A stretch of DNA of 62,833 nucleotides from Vermamoeba vermiformis (Eukaryota), in assembly GCA_045837725.1 (NCBI GenBank), contig JBEWZL010000227.1:310001-372833 (forward strand), written 5' to 3'. Both the position numbers and the translations under genes were made by a program. Below the pieces are notes generated by a model that did not search any database, was not told where the DNA came from, and saw only the letters and a program-made list of their open reading frames with translations. This document shows, in pieces, positions 38,701 to 54,980 of the stretch (position 1 is the first letter of the stretch; the number at the start of each line of letters is the position of its first letter).

Positions 38701-40021
38701 AAGCAGATAGCCAACAAATCAGTCAAGTTGACGATGTACTTGTCGTTGTAGTTGTTGAAAAAGTTGACGACCTTAGTCTCAGGCTCGCCAATCAAATCTT
38801 CCCAAATAATGAAGACGCTTGCAACCAACTTCTGGTTGTTCTTTTCAATTTCTAAATAGCGCGGGTTAGAACACAGTGCCAGAAAACACAATCTTTGAGA
38901 TACGCACCAGGATTTTCGTTGACGTTGCCTTGGACAACTAAAACCTTCAAGAAGTCGAGCGAGAAATCAGCAAAGTTTTGCAAGAACTTCTCGAGGTTGG
39001 CGGGAGCAGCCTTGCCAGAAGTGATATCAATCATAGCGGCGTGAATAGTCTCCAACATAGCGCCGGCGTTCTTGGGATTCATTTCAGTTTCAGTCTTGTT
39101 GACTGGCTTGGGTGCCTCAGCGGCTTTAGCACTAGAAAATACAATGCATGGTCAGACACGGAATTCCAACTCGATATCCTCGGTTCGTTTGCTGCTTACC
39201 CTCCACGGGCCTTGCCTCCACGACCACGGCCGCCACGACCACCACGGCTGCTTGCAGCCTTGGCCTTTCGGGCGTTTTGCTTCTCCATAACAGTCCAGAG
39301 ATCTTGCTCGAGGGCAGTGTAAAGATCTCTGTTAATGAACCATTAGTCGTTGAAAAATGTCAGTATAAATCATTAAAAATATTACCTCAAAATATAGTAA
39401 CGGCGCCAGTCAACTTCATTGTTATCTGTTCGAAGAAAACAGTCAGATCGGATTAGGAAATTTAATTGAATAGAAATACGTGAGCTGTCATGTTTGATTT
39501 CGGTTCATTAAATCGTAAAAAAATATTAGCGTATGATTATGGGTAGCAGATTACTCGTACCAGTCAAAGGGATCAACCAGTTGGATTGATCGACCTTGTC
39601 TCCAGGGAGCTTAGTGGACCATCTCTTAGAGCAAATATTCTTCCACACTGTTTGATCTTCAGCAGATTGGGTCCATCCAGCAGCGCGAGCTTTTTCAGCT
39701 AAAAAGAAGACCGATCAGATCAGAAGATCAAGCAACACAAAAAAGCCAAGAATATTTGCATACGTCCAAGTACTACATAATTCGTTTATCATAAATGCAA
39801 CTTTGAGAACAAAATAATTAAATGCCGAAAACGATCTGCGAAACGGCTAGATTTGTGATCTGTGGGTGGATTTACCCCCTTAATTAATCAAAAATCATTT
39901 TGCAGGCATATCTGAATAAGCAACAAACTTGGAGTAATTATACACATTAACGAATCATACCAAGCTGGCGAGGGTCAGATTGATACAACGACCAAAGTTC
40001 GGCTTCTGACAACTTGTTCAT
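35790..40021 (-). CDS. Karyopherin-beta (importin-4/5-like) HEAT protein with an N-terminal F-box-like and RGG extension and an internal FNFG-repeat insertion
   Basis: Importin-5-like motifs VDKLSMVVGG, KHAALFMLA, HPHSDVVHAAVHTL, LGQDFAPYL, VAQAAAFGIG, IDNAISSLGK, LPITKDHEEA. In-frame exons 40021-39961, (39772-39764), 39698-39561, 39425-39386, 39328-39200, 39131-38908 and 38851-35790. Confidence 0.85.
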
Positions 40022-40258
40022 CGCGTAGTAGTGGTTCTTATTTGCAAAAAATTAAGAGATGAGCCACAAACAATTTGTTGGTTCCTCTTCTATCGATTTT
40101 TTATGAAATTTAGTTGCCCTGGTAAGATCTGGGGTGGATCCAGTATTTCGGGCAGAGAAGTGGCCATTAGATCAAGATCATGTACAAACAACGTTAATGT
40201 TTAATATTATCCAAAATTAGTTGGATCTGCCTGACAAGTATCCAAAGTGTTAATTGAG

Positions 40259-42929
<2,671 letters not shown>

Positions 42930-43077
42930 TGCTAATAGCTTGCACACTAAAGGCCGGTGGTGTTCTACTCAGCTGGATGCAATAAAATTATGTCACAACA
43001 GAAATTTTATTTTTGTTCTCCTACCAGCGCAAGATCCAACATTACAGCCAAAAAGTAATGCAAAATATATCAATAAT

Positions 43078-44578
43078 ATGGACGGCGAAGTAAACAAATT
43101 GGCGGTCTCTATTGGAGGTACGATCGAACGATCTACCGAGATCTCTTGAACTTCTCGATCGACGACGAGAGACTTAACGATAATATAATAATAATTCTAA
43201 TTAATATCATACTTAATTTTAGAGGGCGATAAAGTCTGGGGTACTGGTCAAGATGAGGTGTTGAATTACCAGCAGAAAGAAGAATGGCTACAAAAGCAAT
43301 TAGATTTCTATACATCCCGCTTAAATGACCTTAATAATGCTACCAATAATAATAACAACAAAGATCCTCAAGGAATGCAAGTCGATAACGAAGGTAAATC
43401 CGTAATTTGAAAAAATCCAAACTCACCCAATAATTAAAATAATTTACAAATAATAATATAAATAGTACATACTAGTCATTGGTACTTTTTACAATTTATT
43501 TCGAAAATTAACAGCCATATTTTTTTGGCGGTCAAAACATATTAGGGCGAAATTGAGTCTTAGCTGCGCCTTAGCGTTTAAATCGTTCTAATATTACTTT
43601 ATTAATATTATATTCCAAGACGACGAATATCGATGGGCTAAGACCGAAGAGGAATTGCTCCAAAAAACAGCAGATCTGCACGATAACCTATACGCACTGA
43701 CCTCGAGGAATTTGCAAAATCATTTATTAATACGAAGGTACAATTTGGCGTGCTGATATTTTTAAACGAGTTCAATATTAGTGACTCCTGGAACGGAAAG
43801 TCCGGACTTTAGCTCGCTTAAGAACGAGCATTTTTACCCGGCAATGAATTAGCAATAATTATATCGGAATTAGTTGTAGATACCATATAACGAGTGATTT
43901 ATGCTAATTATTGGGCTACAGATTGACAGAACAGCCAATTGCTTTGAAATTGTTGTATGAGACCAACACGCAAGACCAGAAAGAAGTGCAGCTGAAAGAA
44001 CTCATGTTGACGCGCGATGAAAAGGCGACTAAAGCCCTCGCACTCAACGACGAATTGAAGAACTTGCAGAACGAGCGATTTGACCTCGAGAAGAGCATAT
44101 TAGGTACGTTGTTTATTTACTTCATCGCCGAATAATACGATACTAATGGTCGTTATTTGTTGCAGAAATGAAAAAGAACTTGCGTACTAAATGGAGTGAA
44201 TTGCGAGACAAGCAACAACAATTCAAAGAACGATTCAAAGCTCAAATTCCTGACCAGAAGAATGACGCGTATGTGATAAACAAACTTATAACAATTTGAT
44301 AGCACCTTATTAATCATTGTTTATAGGAATGGCATCGTTAGACTCGAGCACGAAGTTCTGTTTTTGGCAAATCAAAATAAACTCGTTAGAAATTCATTCC
44401 AGGCAAGTAACTCCGAGCCTAATTTAAGCCAATTTGTCTAATATAATCCATTTAGGCGTTAATATTGGCCTCAGGAGTTGATTGGGCCGAAGATCCAGAC
44501 TTGCGCGATCTGTTTTTGAACTTATCTGTGGAACCAGAACTCGATACACAAGTTGAAGCCTTGCCATTTGATAAATAA
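43078..44578 (+). CDS. CENPH: Centromere protein H (CENP-H/Fta3)-like coiled-coil protein
   Basis: A long coiled coil followed by the CENP-H C-terminal signature RNSFQALILASGVDWAEDPDLRDLFL. The last intron is GC-AG. Confidence 0.85.
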
Positions 44579-44699
44579 GCTGAATTGTAAATAATAATGA
44601 GATTTGAAATTGAATAATAAATTGTATTTTAATAATCAGTGCCATTTATCAAAACATGATTTTATTCGAAAAACGAAGTATAAATAAGAGTCTTTACAA

Positions 44700-45823
44700 T
44701 TAAAACAAAGGCGGGTTGCTCGGAGCAGGTGCAGCTTGAGGTTGATAATCACCAGGTGTGCTTAGGGGTGTGGTAGAATTGCTGGGGGCAGGGACTGGTT
44801 CGTAGGGTGCTTCGGTGTAAATGAACTTCAAATAGATGATCACTGTAATAATAATCACGAGCACGACGATGATCAAGATTTGCAATAATTTGTTCTTCAT
44901 GAATGTCGCCCAAATGCGGTTCATAATCTTCTTGGCTGTGTCGAGCTGTTCGTTGATGCCTTTGACCTGCCCAGAAAATTATTACTCGGTCCTTAATCAC
45001 AACTTAAATGTTTCACGTACGTTTCTGCGCTGTGATTCAATTCGTTCGCGTTGTTCACCGAGCGTTCTCAATGTATTTGAGCCGCTTTCAAGCGCACCCA
45101 ATGCAACTGAGTGCGCGTTTCTAATGTCATCACCTTGACCGTCCAACTGTTGTGTCAATGAGCGCATTTGATTTCGTTGATCCAACGATGTAGTCTACAA
45201 CGACAGCGTTAATATACTGACTTAAACGCATTGAAAGAGAATGCAATGATGTTGCAACAACATTACGAGATAACACGTACAATATCGCGGTCAGTACCAC
45301 CCAACAAGCTCATACGATCGCTCTTCTCCGAGAGGTTCTGTAAATCACGTCTCAAATTCTTCAAATCTGCTTTGTAATTCTTGACTTGCGATGATAACTC
45401 GTCGACTAGACCATGTTAAGACCGTGTTAAAAACGATAGATATCATTGAAAGTCACTTACATTTGCCGGGAATTGTTCGAGCACTCAACTCCATTGAATC
45501 GAGCTATGAATTTAGCGTATTAGTTAAACTGATATTGATACTGGTAGCCCTGAACTTGAGCTACAAAGATAGATCGCTGGTGTTTAATTGATAATTACCA
45601 ATTGTTCGGCTTCTTTGTAGGCATTTTCTGCTTCTCTGACAGCATATCGTTTATCGTCTATAATAGCAAGTAATAAATAACAGATTTTTCCAATTTTCCG
45701 AAAATAAAATCGTTATTTTGCACAATAATTACCTCCAGCAAGTTCTACTGCGTTCTGAATTTTATCCTTAATCTCGCTCACTAAATCGAGATAGTCTGCT
45801 TGATATTGCTTGTAGAGATCCAT
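44700..45823 (-). CDS. VTI1: Vti1-type Qb-SNARE
   Basis: Habc domain (AEQLLDSMELSAR...VKNYKADL), DQRNQM, a SNARE motif with LGEQRERI, and a TM segment (LLQILIIVVLVIIITVIIYLKF). Confidence 0.9.
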
Positions 45824-46367
45824 TTGTTGTGTTTAAGCGGGTTGGTTTAATGAATCTACGTTTAAAAAATTAGTTTAACAATTACGAAGACGTTCAAAAT
45901 TATATCATATATTTGAAATAATTATGGCACCGTATAATCAATAAAATAAATGACTACAAAAAATATGAAATTCAATACCGCACACTTCGACCGGATTCAC
46001 GTTTCAATCATTATTTTAATATTACAGTAATTAATTATTGATATTATATGCTAGGTTGCTATCTTATTTTCTTACCTTGAGGTGATCTTTGGGAAGAAAT
46101 GGATCTATCGGTTGTGCAAGGCGATTACTGCACCGATTACTTAGTGTTGCTAGTAATGAATCAAGACTAACTGAGGTATCTTGAGAAGAGAGACAAACAG
46201 AATTGCCAAAATACCACGCGTAAAATTATTTGAAAACCACGTAACGGAACCGGCAACAAAACACGAAATAAACTGCACATTGTTTCGAATTGATGCAGCC
46301 GCATCTTATTTACATTGGAAGTAGGGGTAATAATACAATAAGGGTAGGGTTGGATTACAAAATTAAG

Positions 46368-47348
46368 TTAGTTGGGGTTGACAAGCACAGAGATCGAGCT
46401 CCTAACTCGGATGTCTTGCTCTTTTTTGCATCTGTTGGCGTATCGCAGGCCACAAGCATTGCATAATGAAGCGGGACCATTAGGACCTTTGCGCCACTGA
46501 GGAGTAACTGAAGTATGACATTTATCGCATTGCTGTCGGTTCTTGGGTTTGATGACCTTAGGTCTGTTATGTGACTTGCGCCACACTTGCAACATTTGAT
46601 AACGACCAGCGTCGCTGTCTGAGCGAGATTGCTCCTCTTTTTTCACTTCAAGGTGTCTCTCTTTGTAGTTCTGTTGTAGCCTTTGAGCTTCGTACATAGT
46701 TCTATACTCATCAGGGGTGGGGATAGGACTGTTTAATAAGAATATATTAGTTTCAGGGTCAGAGTTGGGTTGGATTGAAAGAAAGTTGCTCTAGATTTAG
46801 ATGAACTTACGTAGTGTTCTGCAACCATGTGGGGTTAACGGCTGGGATATGCATTGATATCAGGGCCTGCGAGGCGCACGAGGTCGATGATGATTCTGAA
46901 GAAGGCTCTTCATTACTCTGTAAAGGAGGATTAGTTCTGGGTTGGGATTAAATCGGACATTTAATTTCCAAATTTGGAATTTAGCACGATGTCGCATGAT
47001 CATCAGGGAAGCATTGAATGCTAGTTACCTTGCAAGCCCAAGCTGAAGGGGGTTTATATTGCTCTTGTTGAGTTTCGGCCACAGATCTAAGATTGGCCAT
47101 TAATTGCAGAGACAACAAAGCCGCTCGTTCGAGCTCTTCGTTCGAGGTGACTTTTTGTTGCTTCTGCTTTTCGTCCACCAGCTGAAAGATTTGCTTACAA
47201 GTTTGCTCGACCTAAATTTCGAATATTTTAGCATCACGAGGATCGAATTTATGATTTTAAATATTGCAGTATTTGATATGCGAACACTTACTGTGCTCCA
47301 ATCGGCTTTATTTGATGTTGTAATTGTTTGATAGCTGTAAGTCGTCAT
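46368..47348 (-). CDS. GATA zinc-finger transcription factor
   Basis: [27 protein letters not shown] (C-x2-C-x18-C-x2-C) in the last exon. The upstream exons and start are less certain. Confidence 0.88.
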
Positions 47349-48168
47349 GGTTGGTAGCTGAAAGTTGACTAGCGATCGAGTAAGTAACAATCTTCAGTGA
47401 AATAGAAATTATTATAATAATAATACGTACCATTGCAAACGACAGGACCCTGAGAGCACGAGGGAAGTATCGATGATGAAATATTGGAGAACATTTTGTC
47501 GCGTTGGATGGCGGATGGTGCCTCGTCTGTGGTTTCTCTTCTCTTTTTAACCTAATAAATCGCAACCGTAATTTTAGTCCTGTCAGATTTATGCCATCTT
47601 CGGAGCACAAATAAGCCCGAGAGGGGCCACGTCAGTTTTCTCCGATTACTCGACCAATGGGAGAACGCCACCTCGATGGAAATTGTCCGGTGCGCGTGCA
47701 GATGGAAATTCCAGTCAGATTTATTGATATTCCAATTTAGTAAGATTGGTGAACATAGATTACTGCATCGAACGGTTGTTTTCACCAGCAGGAATTGCGA
47801 ATCAACTTGCAGGTGTGCGTTGGATCAGGTCATATAAAAATTGAGAATGATTCGATTACGATGTGGGTATCCTCCGAATCTTCCCGGTGACGTAATGTTC
47901 ACGTGCAGTCTTTTACGCATTCACGGTGGGGGAATTTTGTTTAAATGCCCGACCCGGACATTTTCGCGTGAACAAGAAAGAATGATGACAAAACACCGAG
48001 ATAGCGAGACCAAATTTTCCTTTGCTCCTTTTTAGAGCAATAAGTCCGCTAGATTAAGAACATGGCAAAACTCCCGGGCTCGTAGGGATCCAACCTCTCG
48101 TACTTTGCTAAGTGCGTGTAACTTTTGCGTTTCGTGCATTTCAATTTAAAGTATATTTAACTACCACG

Positions 48169-50860
48169 ATGGCTGACGCCAATAATATATTGCTGTTTCA
48201 AACATTGAACAGCTCAGTTAATGTCACGTTTTGGTATGAATTCGCAAAGAAAAAGTTGGAAGTTTACAAGTTAAAAGAAGATCCGATTCCCGTGTATGGA
48301 TATTACAGCATTGAAGGACACGTTGACCTTCCTGCGCAAATGCAACTTGATATCGACTCGTTCTCGGCCGATTTAAAGTAAAATCGCGATCCAAATTTAA
48401 TATTTTTAAATTTCGAAAATTTTTGTTGCCTCTGCACTAACGAATTTATTCTCGAAAGATGATTATTGCTTATTAATAGATTATTGTGCATGTATATATG
48501 AAAATATTAAATAATTACCTTCTCTTGTTGCAGAGTTCCAACAAATTCATTCATGCTGCCTGGCACGATGGTCAATATGAATACAATCGAGTCGTTCAAG
48601 GCATTAAATAAGGTTCAACTGCTTGATACGCTCACACAAGAGGTACATCCATTGTCGTAACAGTAATAATGAAAAATCTTCTGATTCTATTTGCAACGGC
48701 TAGATCTTTGAGGCCATTCAAAGCGGAAAGTTCTTAACCGACCCGAGCATGTTAAACAAGTTCTTGCTCGTATCATATGCAGACATCAAGAAGTATATAT
48801 TCTACTATCACTTTGCTTTCCCGGCACTCGTGCCTGATCAGGTTTGTCTAAAGTCGAAGGAACCTGTTGCCTCAGAACTAACTCTTTATCTTCATCTAGC
48901 TCGCCACTCTTGCAACTGAGTCTAAGAAGATTACGGACGTCTATTCAGAACAACAGGTAATGCCACCCTATTCGTGTTCGTGTTGTCCGCATTAACGTGC
49001 TTTAGATCGCCCAACTGAAAGACCAAGCCCTGCCTTTGTTTGCTAAAGGTTCACCTTTCTTACTAATCAACCCCGAATCTCTTGCTGTGTCGGAACTCAG
49101 TGCTCTCTCAACTCTTTCAACAATGCCTATGCTGCTCGTGGCAGATCCGAGCGCTCACCCTTCCGCTCTTGGCTGGCCCACTCGTACATTGCTTTGGGCC
49201 TTGCAATCATACTGCAGTAAGCATAGTAAGACCGTCAATGGTCCCTTGCGTGTGATTGCATGGAGACATCACCGAGGAGGTAACATCAATGCCTCGAACC
49301 CTGAATTCAACTCCGTGGTGTTTGACGTTAAGTTGCCCGAACGTAAGTATCTTATTTACAATATAACACCATCTGACGCCGATTAGTGAGCAAGGAGAGC
49401 CTCGAGAAGTGTCCTAAGGCAGTGGGCTGGGAGAAGGATTTGCAATCAAAGATGAGACCTCGCGTGTTGAACTTGGCCCAAACAATGGACCCTGTTAGGT
49501 TGAGCAGCAGTGCTGCTGATCTAAATCTCAAATTGATGAGCTGGCGTCAATTTGGAGGTTTGCAACTGACTGACATTCAGAGCACCAAGTGCCTTTTGTT
49601 CGGTGCGGGTACTCTTGGCTGCAACGTGGCACGTAGCTTGTTGGTAAGTTAATTAATGTACGATATATCCATAGCTTATATTGTCGTAGGCCTGGGGTGT
49701 TCGACACATCACGTTCATCGACAATGGCAAGGTCTCGTATTCAAACCCCGTGCGTCAGTCACTTTTCACACTTGAAGATTGCTTGAACGGTGGCAAACAA
49801 AAGGCTGTGGCAGCTGCACATCGATTGAAAGAGATCTTTCCTGCATTAGTAAGCTCTATACCCTTATTATAATAATACGCATCTGATGATGACCCCTTGA
49901 CCTAGGTTAGTGAGGGTCACGTCATGACCATTCCGATGCCCGGTCACATTGTTAAATCCACCGATGAAATCAAACAGACTAAGGAAACAGTTGAGAAGAT
50001 TGAGGTAAACATATTATTCGCTGTAACATCGGTTGTACTAACCATTTTCAAGTCCCTGATTGACAGTCACGACGTCATCTTTTTGTTGACTGATAGCCGT
50101 GAGAGTCGATGGTTGCCAACTATGTTGTGCGCTGCTAAGAATAAGGTATCTCTGCATACTCACTTTAGCATGACGCGATCATAAATTAACGGCATGGTCT
50201 AGTTGGTATTGAACGCAGCTCTTGGCTTCGACACGTTTGTTGTCATGCGTCACGGCGTTGCTGAGACCAATCCGCGTCTCGGCTGCTACTTCTGCAACGA
50301 CGTTGTTGTGCCCACTGATGTACGCATTTATATATCGAGGCATTCTAAAATTAACATTTTGAAATCAGTCCTTGTCCAACCGCACTTTGGATCAACAGTG
50401 CACCGTGACTAGACCGGGCTTGAGCTCAGTTGCCAGTGCCCTCGCTGTCGAGTTGTTGGTGTCGCTCATTCATCACCCAATGAAGGGCAAGGCTCCTGCT
50501 AGCGACAAAGCAGATGCACAAATGGGTGGCGAGTTGCCGACGGATCTTGGTCTCGTGCCTCATCAGTTGCGAGGCTTCTTGACGCACTTCAACAACATGA
50601 TCGTTACTAGCGAGCAGTTCGACAAGTGTGTTGCGTGCTCGGATCCGGTACGCAGTCTGTTGCTTGCCTCGTGACACTTGTTACTAACACTAGGTGCACA
50701 GATTGTTCACGAGTACAAGAAACGTGGTTTTGAGTTATTATTGGAGGCTTTTAATGCTCCGAACGTGTTGGAGGACCTCACTGGCATCACTAAGATGAAG
50801 GAAGAGAGCGCTAACTTGGATGTCGACTGGGAGATCGGCAGCGACAACGACGATTTTTAA
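48169..50860 (+). CDS. ATG7: Autophagy E1-like enzyme ATG7
   Basis: [66 protein letters not shown] and catalytic [13 protein letters not shown]. Confidence 0.97.
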
Positions 50861-51057
50861 GATATTGACGTGTACATACTCAATATAATTTACTTTGAGT
50901 CTTAGCGTGTGTTCTTTGTATGATCATTCGTACTGTTCTTTGACAGTCGATCCGAGATCCTCTCCTGGTTCTGATTTCTTTTATTTTTGGCTCTTTGTTA
51001 ACACATTGCTACACGTGGTTTAGTTATTTACTTAGTTATTTGGAGCAAAGTATAACA

Positions 51058-54000
51058 ATGGAGAACGAGAAGACGAAAGGAGAACAGACTGGATCTGGAT
51101 CGAACAAAAAGATCAGAGTTAATAAGATTTTTGTAAAAAACCTCTCCGAAAATACAACAAATAAGATAAGTATAATAATCCATTGCATATTTAATTTTCT
51201 GAATTTTTTACTTTGTAAATCCAAATCCGCTCAACGATCCACTATTTTTAATAAATATAATGCGATTGGACAACCAACGATCGTCATAATATAAATAGTA
51301 TTACAAATAATACAAATGAAATTATTTCAATCGTTTTCGATCGAGATCTGGACCATCCTGTTCTGACGTTTTTACACGATTTAGAAAATTTCTTCAGTGA
51401 TGCAGGCCCAATTAAGAGATGCTACGCTATCAATGATAAAGGTAAATAGCATTACAATCATTCAGTCATACGGATCCAAATCCAAAACCCCGTAATTAAT
51501 CCTATCAAATTCAGGAACTCAAAAGTGCCGTGGCTTTGGTTACATTCATTAGTAAGTAATCGATTAATAATAGCGAGAACGAGTTATTGATCATTGTAAT
51601 GCGATCCAGTGCCCTCGAAGATGACGCGAAAAAAGCAGTAACGATGTTCAACGGCAAAACATTGAAGGGCAATAAAGTGTCAGTGTCTTTGTCCAAGCCT
51701 AGATGTAAGTAGTAGTAATAGCAGTTATATTCTACTCTCGAAATTAACAGTGTTTTCAGTGGGTAAAGAAGAGGATAACGCCGAAGAAGAGGGCGAAAAG
51801 CAAGAGGAAGGAGAAAAGGAAAACAACGAAGAGGCTGAAGAGAAGCCCAAACCAGCCCCAAAGGCTTTGACACCAAAGAAATCTCCGCAGCCAAAGCGAC
51901 CCGCGATGCCTGCTAGTGCGAGCAATGAAATCCCCGCGACTAATGATCCTGATGCCATCAAAGTGCACAAGAAAAAAGTGTACGTCGACTGTAATATATT
52001 CGGGTGAATATATTTTAATATAATATCACTAGTGCTATCAAAACATTGGCCTACAGAGGACTGCCCAAGGACTGCACGCGCGAGGACATTGACAAAGTGG
52101 CTGGAGAGCACGTCAAAGCTGTTCAATTCCCTATTGACAGTCATGTAAGAGAGTTAAATAGTGTTATATGACCAGCTAACATAATTGTAGGGCGGTGCTA
52201 TCTCTGCTTATGTTTGCTACAAATCAGTCGGCGATGCCATTGACACGTTGAAGAAGTATCAAAACTCACCGCCCAGCATTCGCGGCACTAAGATTCGTGT
52301 CGAGTTGTTTTCTGACGCTGTAAGTACTGTCAACAGCCTTTGACATCAGTGATATTAACGAGTTATTATAGGGTTTGAAGCGATACCGCCTTATTATCCG
52401 AAACTTGCCTTTTAAGGTAATTTCAAGAGTGTTCTTGCATAAAGATTGATATTAATCACTGTTACAGTGCTACAAAGATGAGATCGAACGAATTTTCTCC
52501 AAATTTGGCAAATTGTATGAAGTTCAATTGCCGCCGGGCAACAAAGAAGGCACAATTAAGGGCTTTGGTTTCGTCAACTATTTGAACACTGTTGATGCCA
52601 AGAAGGCTATTGAAGAAGGAAACAAAATCAAACTCCGCGGCAGACAAATTGCAGTGGACTTTACCGTGTCAAAGGACAAGTACAAAGAATTCAAAAACAA
52701 TCCTGCTGGTACGTATATCTGACCTTGTCGTGTCGCGGGTCTAATTCGTCATTTTAGCTGGACGAGGCGACAGCTCTTCAGAGGAGTTTGACAGCGATGA
52801 CAGCAGTTCAGAGGAGAGTGAAGACCAAGACAACGAGAACAAAGAGGATGGTGACGAAGAGATGAATGAGAACGAAGATGAAGACGAGGATGAAGATATG
52901 AATGACGCTGGTGATGAGGACGATGAAGGGGACAACGAGGATGACGATGAAGACAGCGACGACGAGGATGACAGTGATGAGGACGAGGCCGAGAATGGCA
53001 AGAAACAACCTCAACGATGTACGGCCTCTCATGTGACATTGATGTAGTTGCACAACGCACTAACATGTTTTTTCAGCCTCTGACGTGCACATGGGTCAGA
53101 CTTTGTTCTTGCGAAATCTCTCCTTTGACACCACCGAGAAGGATGTTGTTGACAGGTATGACACTTTGACACGCGGTGTAGTGTTCTGACTTGTTTGCGT
53201 AGATTCTCTGAGTTCGGTGAAGTTGCCTACTGCAAGTTAGTCGTCGATCATGACACTGGCATGCCTCGTGGTACTGCCTTTTTGAAGTTCAATAGCAAGG
53301 AAGCCGCTGATCTTGTGTTGCAAACTGTTAATGACGGACACGACCAACCTCCAACCTTGACTCAGAACCAGAACAAGAAGGACAAGAAAGAAAAGAAGAG
53401 TACGTGTCACGTGTTTCCCTCGCATTTCTTATCATAACCTTTGCCTTATTTAGGTTTCACATCTCTCTTTGACAATCCTAACACAATCGTGTTGGACGGT
53501 CGCCCATTGATCGTGTCACGTGCTGTCAGCCGAACCATGGCTGAGAACATTAAGAACAATGAAAAAGAAGTCAAGAACAAAGACAAGAGAAACTTGTTTT
53601 TGGCTCCTGAAGGAGGTAAGCAAATCCTTTTACTATGATTATTCACGGTGCTAACGCCATTCAGAAATTACTCGTGAAAGTCCCGAAGCCAAGTTCTTCA
53701 CCGAGTTCGAATTGATGAACTTGGAACGTGCTCAGCGCGAGAAGAAATTAAAGTTGGCTAATCCTAACTTCCACGTCTCACGAACACGTCTCAGCTTGAA
53801 AAACTTGCCCAAGGATTTGGACGAAAAGAAAATTCGAGTATGTCTCAGATCTAACTTTTTGAAACGTCAAAAATGTTAACCGTTACTTTGTAGAACATAT
53901 TCTTCGATGCAGCTAAGAAGGCGTGCCCTGGTGAAAAGATCTCCATTAAACAAGTCAAAGTTGTGCGTGATGACACGAAGCTCGATGCTCAAGGCCAGCC

Positions 54001-54839
54001 CATTTCACGTGGTTTTGGTTTCGTTGAATTTGAGTAAGGATTGCACATTAATTACAAGAAAGAGTCGTACTAACATACCGTAGGGACCACACTCAAGCAC
54101 TCGAGGCCTTGAGACGAGTGAATGCCATGGACAACAAACAACTCGGTATGAAGCAACACATCAACGTACAGTTCGCCATTGAAAACACATTGGTGCTGCA
54201 AAAGCGAGAGCGAAGAATTAAGGTAATATTAACCATGCACTAGCAAGTACGAGACTTGTACTTACCACGCGTGCAGGACGCCAAAGACCACAAGTACACT
54301 CCTGCGCAAGCTCAAGATTTGAAGCGAAAGCGAGAAGAAGACAACAAAGGACCTAAGGCGAAGAAACAACGCACTGAAAACACCAACGCTAACAACAGTA
54401 ACGCGAATAAGCCTGCTAATAACAACAAGTCACCGAACGCGAAGAACGGCAATAACAACCAAAACAAGCCGAAGAATAACACTCAGAACAAGGGGAAGCA
54501 ATGCTGCTGCCAACAAGCCCGCAGCAAATAACAACAAGCAAGTGGCTGTTGCACCGAGAGCACCAAAAGTAGACAAGGCCTTTGAGAAGATTCAAGGTGT
54601 GTTGGGTGACAGTGCAGTCAAAGACATTGCCCCGCGCAAACAAAAGATGTTTGAAAAACAAGTACGTTGATCGTTGTTGTTGAACTCGTTGATCGCTAAT
54701 CGTCTTATTGTAGCAACATCAGAACTCAAGGAAACAACAAAAGAAGAGCCGAGAAGATCAAGACGAAGACCGACTAGATCAAATTATTAGTGAACGAGAG
54801 GGCAAGCCTTTGAAGAAGAAAAAGAAGTGGTTTATGTAA
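51058..54839 (+). CDS. RBM28: Nucleolar multi-RRM protein RBM28/Nop4
   Basis: Several RRMs (LIIRNLPF, GFGFVNY, RGTAFLKF, RGFGFVEF), an acidic tract, DKRNLFLAPEG, KLANPNFHVSRTRLS and a terminal KKKWF. One apparent +1 indel at 54492-54495. Confidence 0.93.
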
Positions 54840-54980
54840 TGCGACAATACAATACAAGAATAAACCACAATTGTTAAATTAAGGATTGTTCATTTGTCCA
54901 AACTCGATCCGAAGAGCTCCTGTACGGCCTATTCCAAGTGATAGCTTCGAGGAGCTGGCAGCTGGTATTATTTGTTCACG

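Noticed and set aside
35802-38855. Long plus-strand ORFs (370 aa, 304 aa and others) opposite the karyopherin
   Set aside because: Antisense shadows of a long, codon-biased coding exon, with no independent motifs.
52780-52990. GAY/GAR-rich repeat and antisense poly-Ser ORFs
   Set aside because: Acidic linker of RBM28.
54485-54535. Frameshift and early stop in RBM28 (GGGG at 54492-54495) as programmed frameshifting or pseudogenisation
   Set aside because: Removing one G restores the frame through to the conserved KKWF end of an essential gene. A homopolymer assembly error is the simplest explanation.
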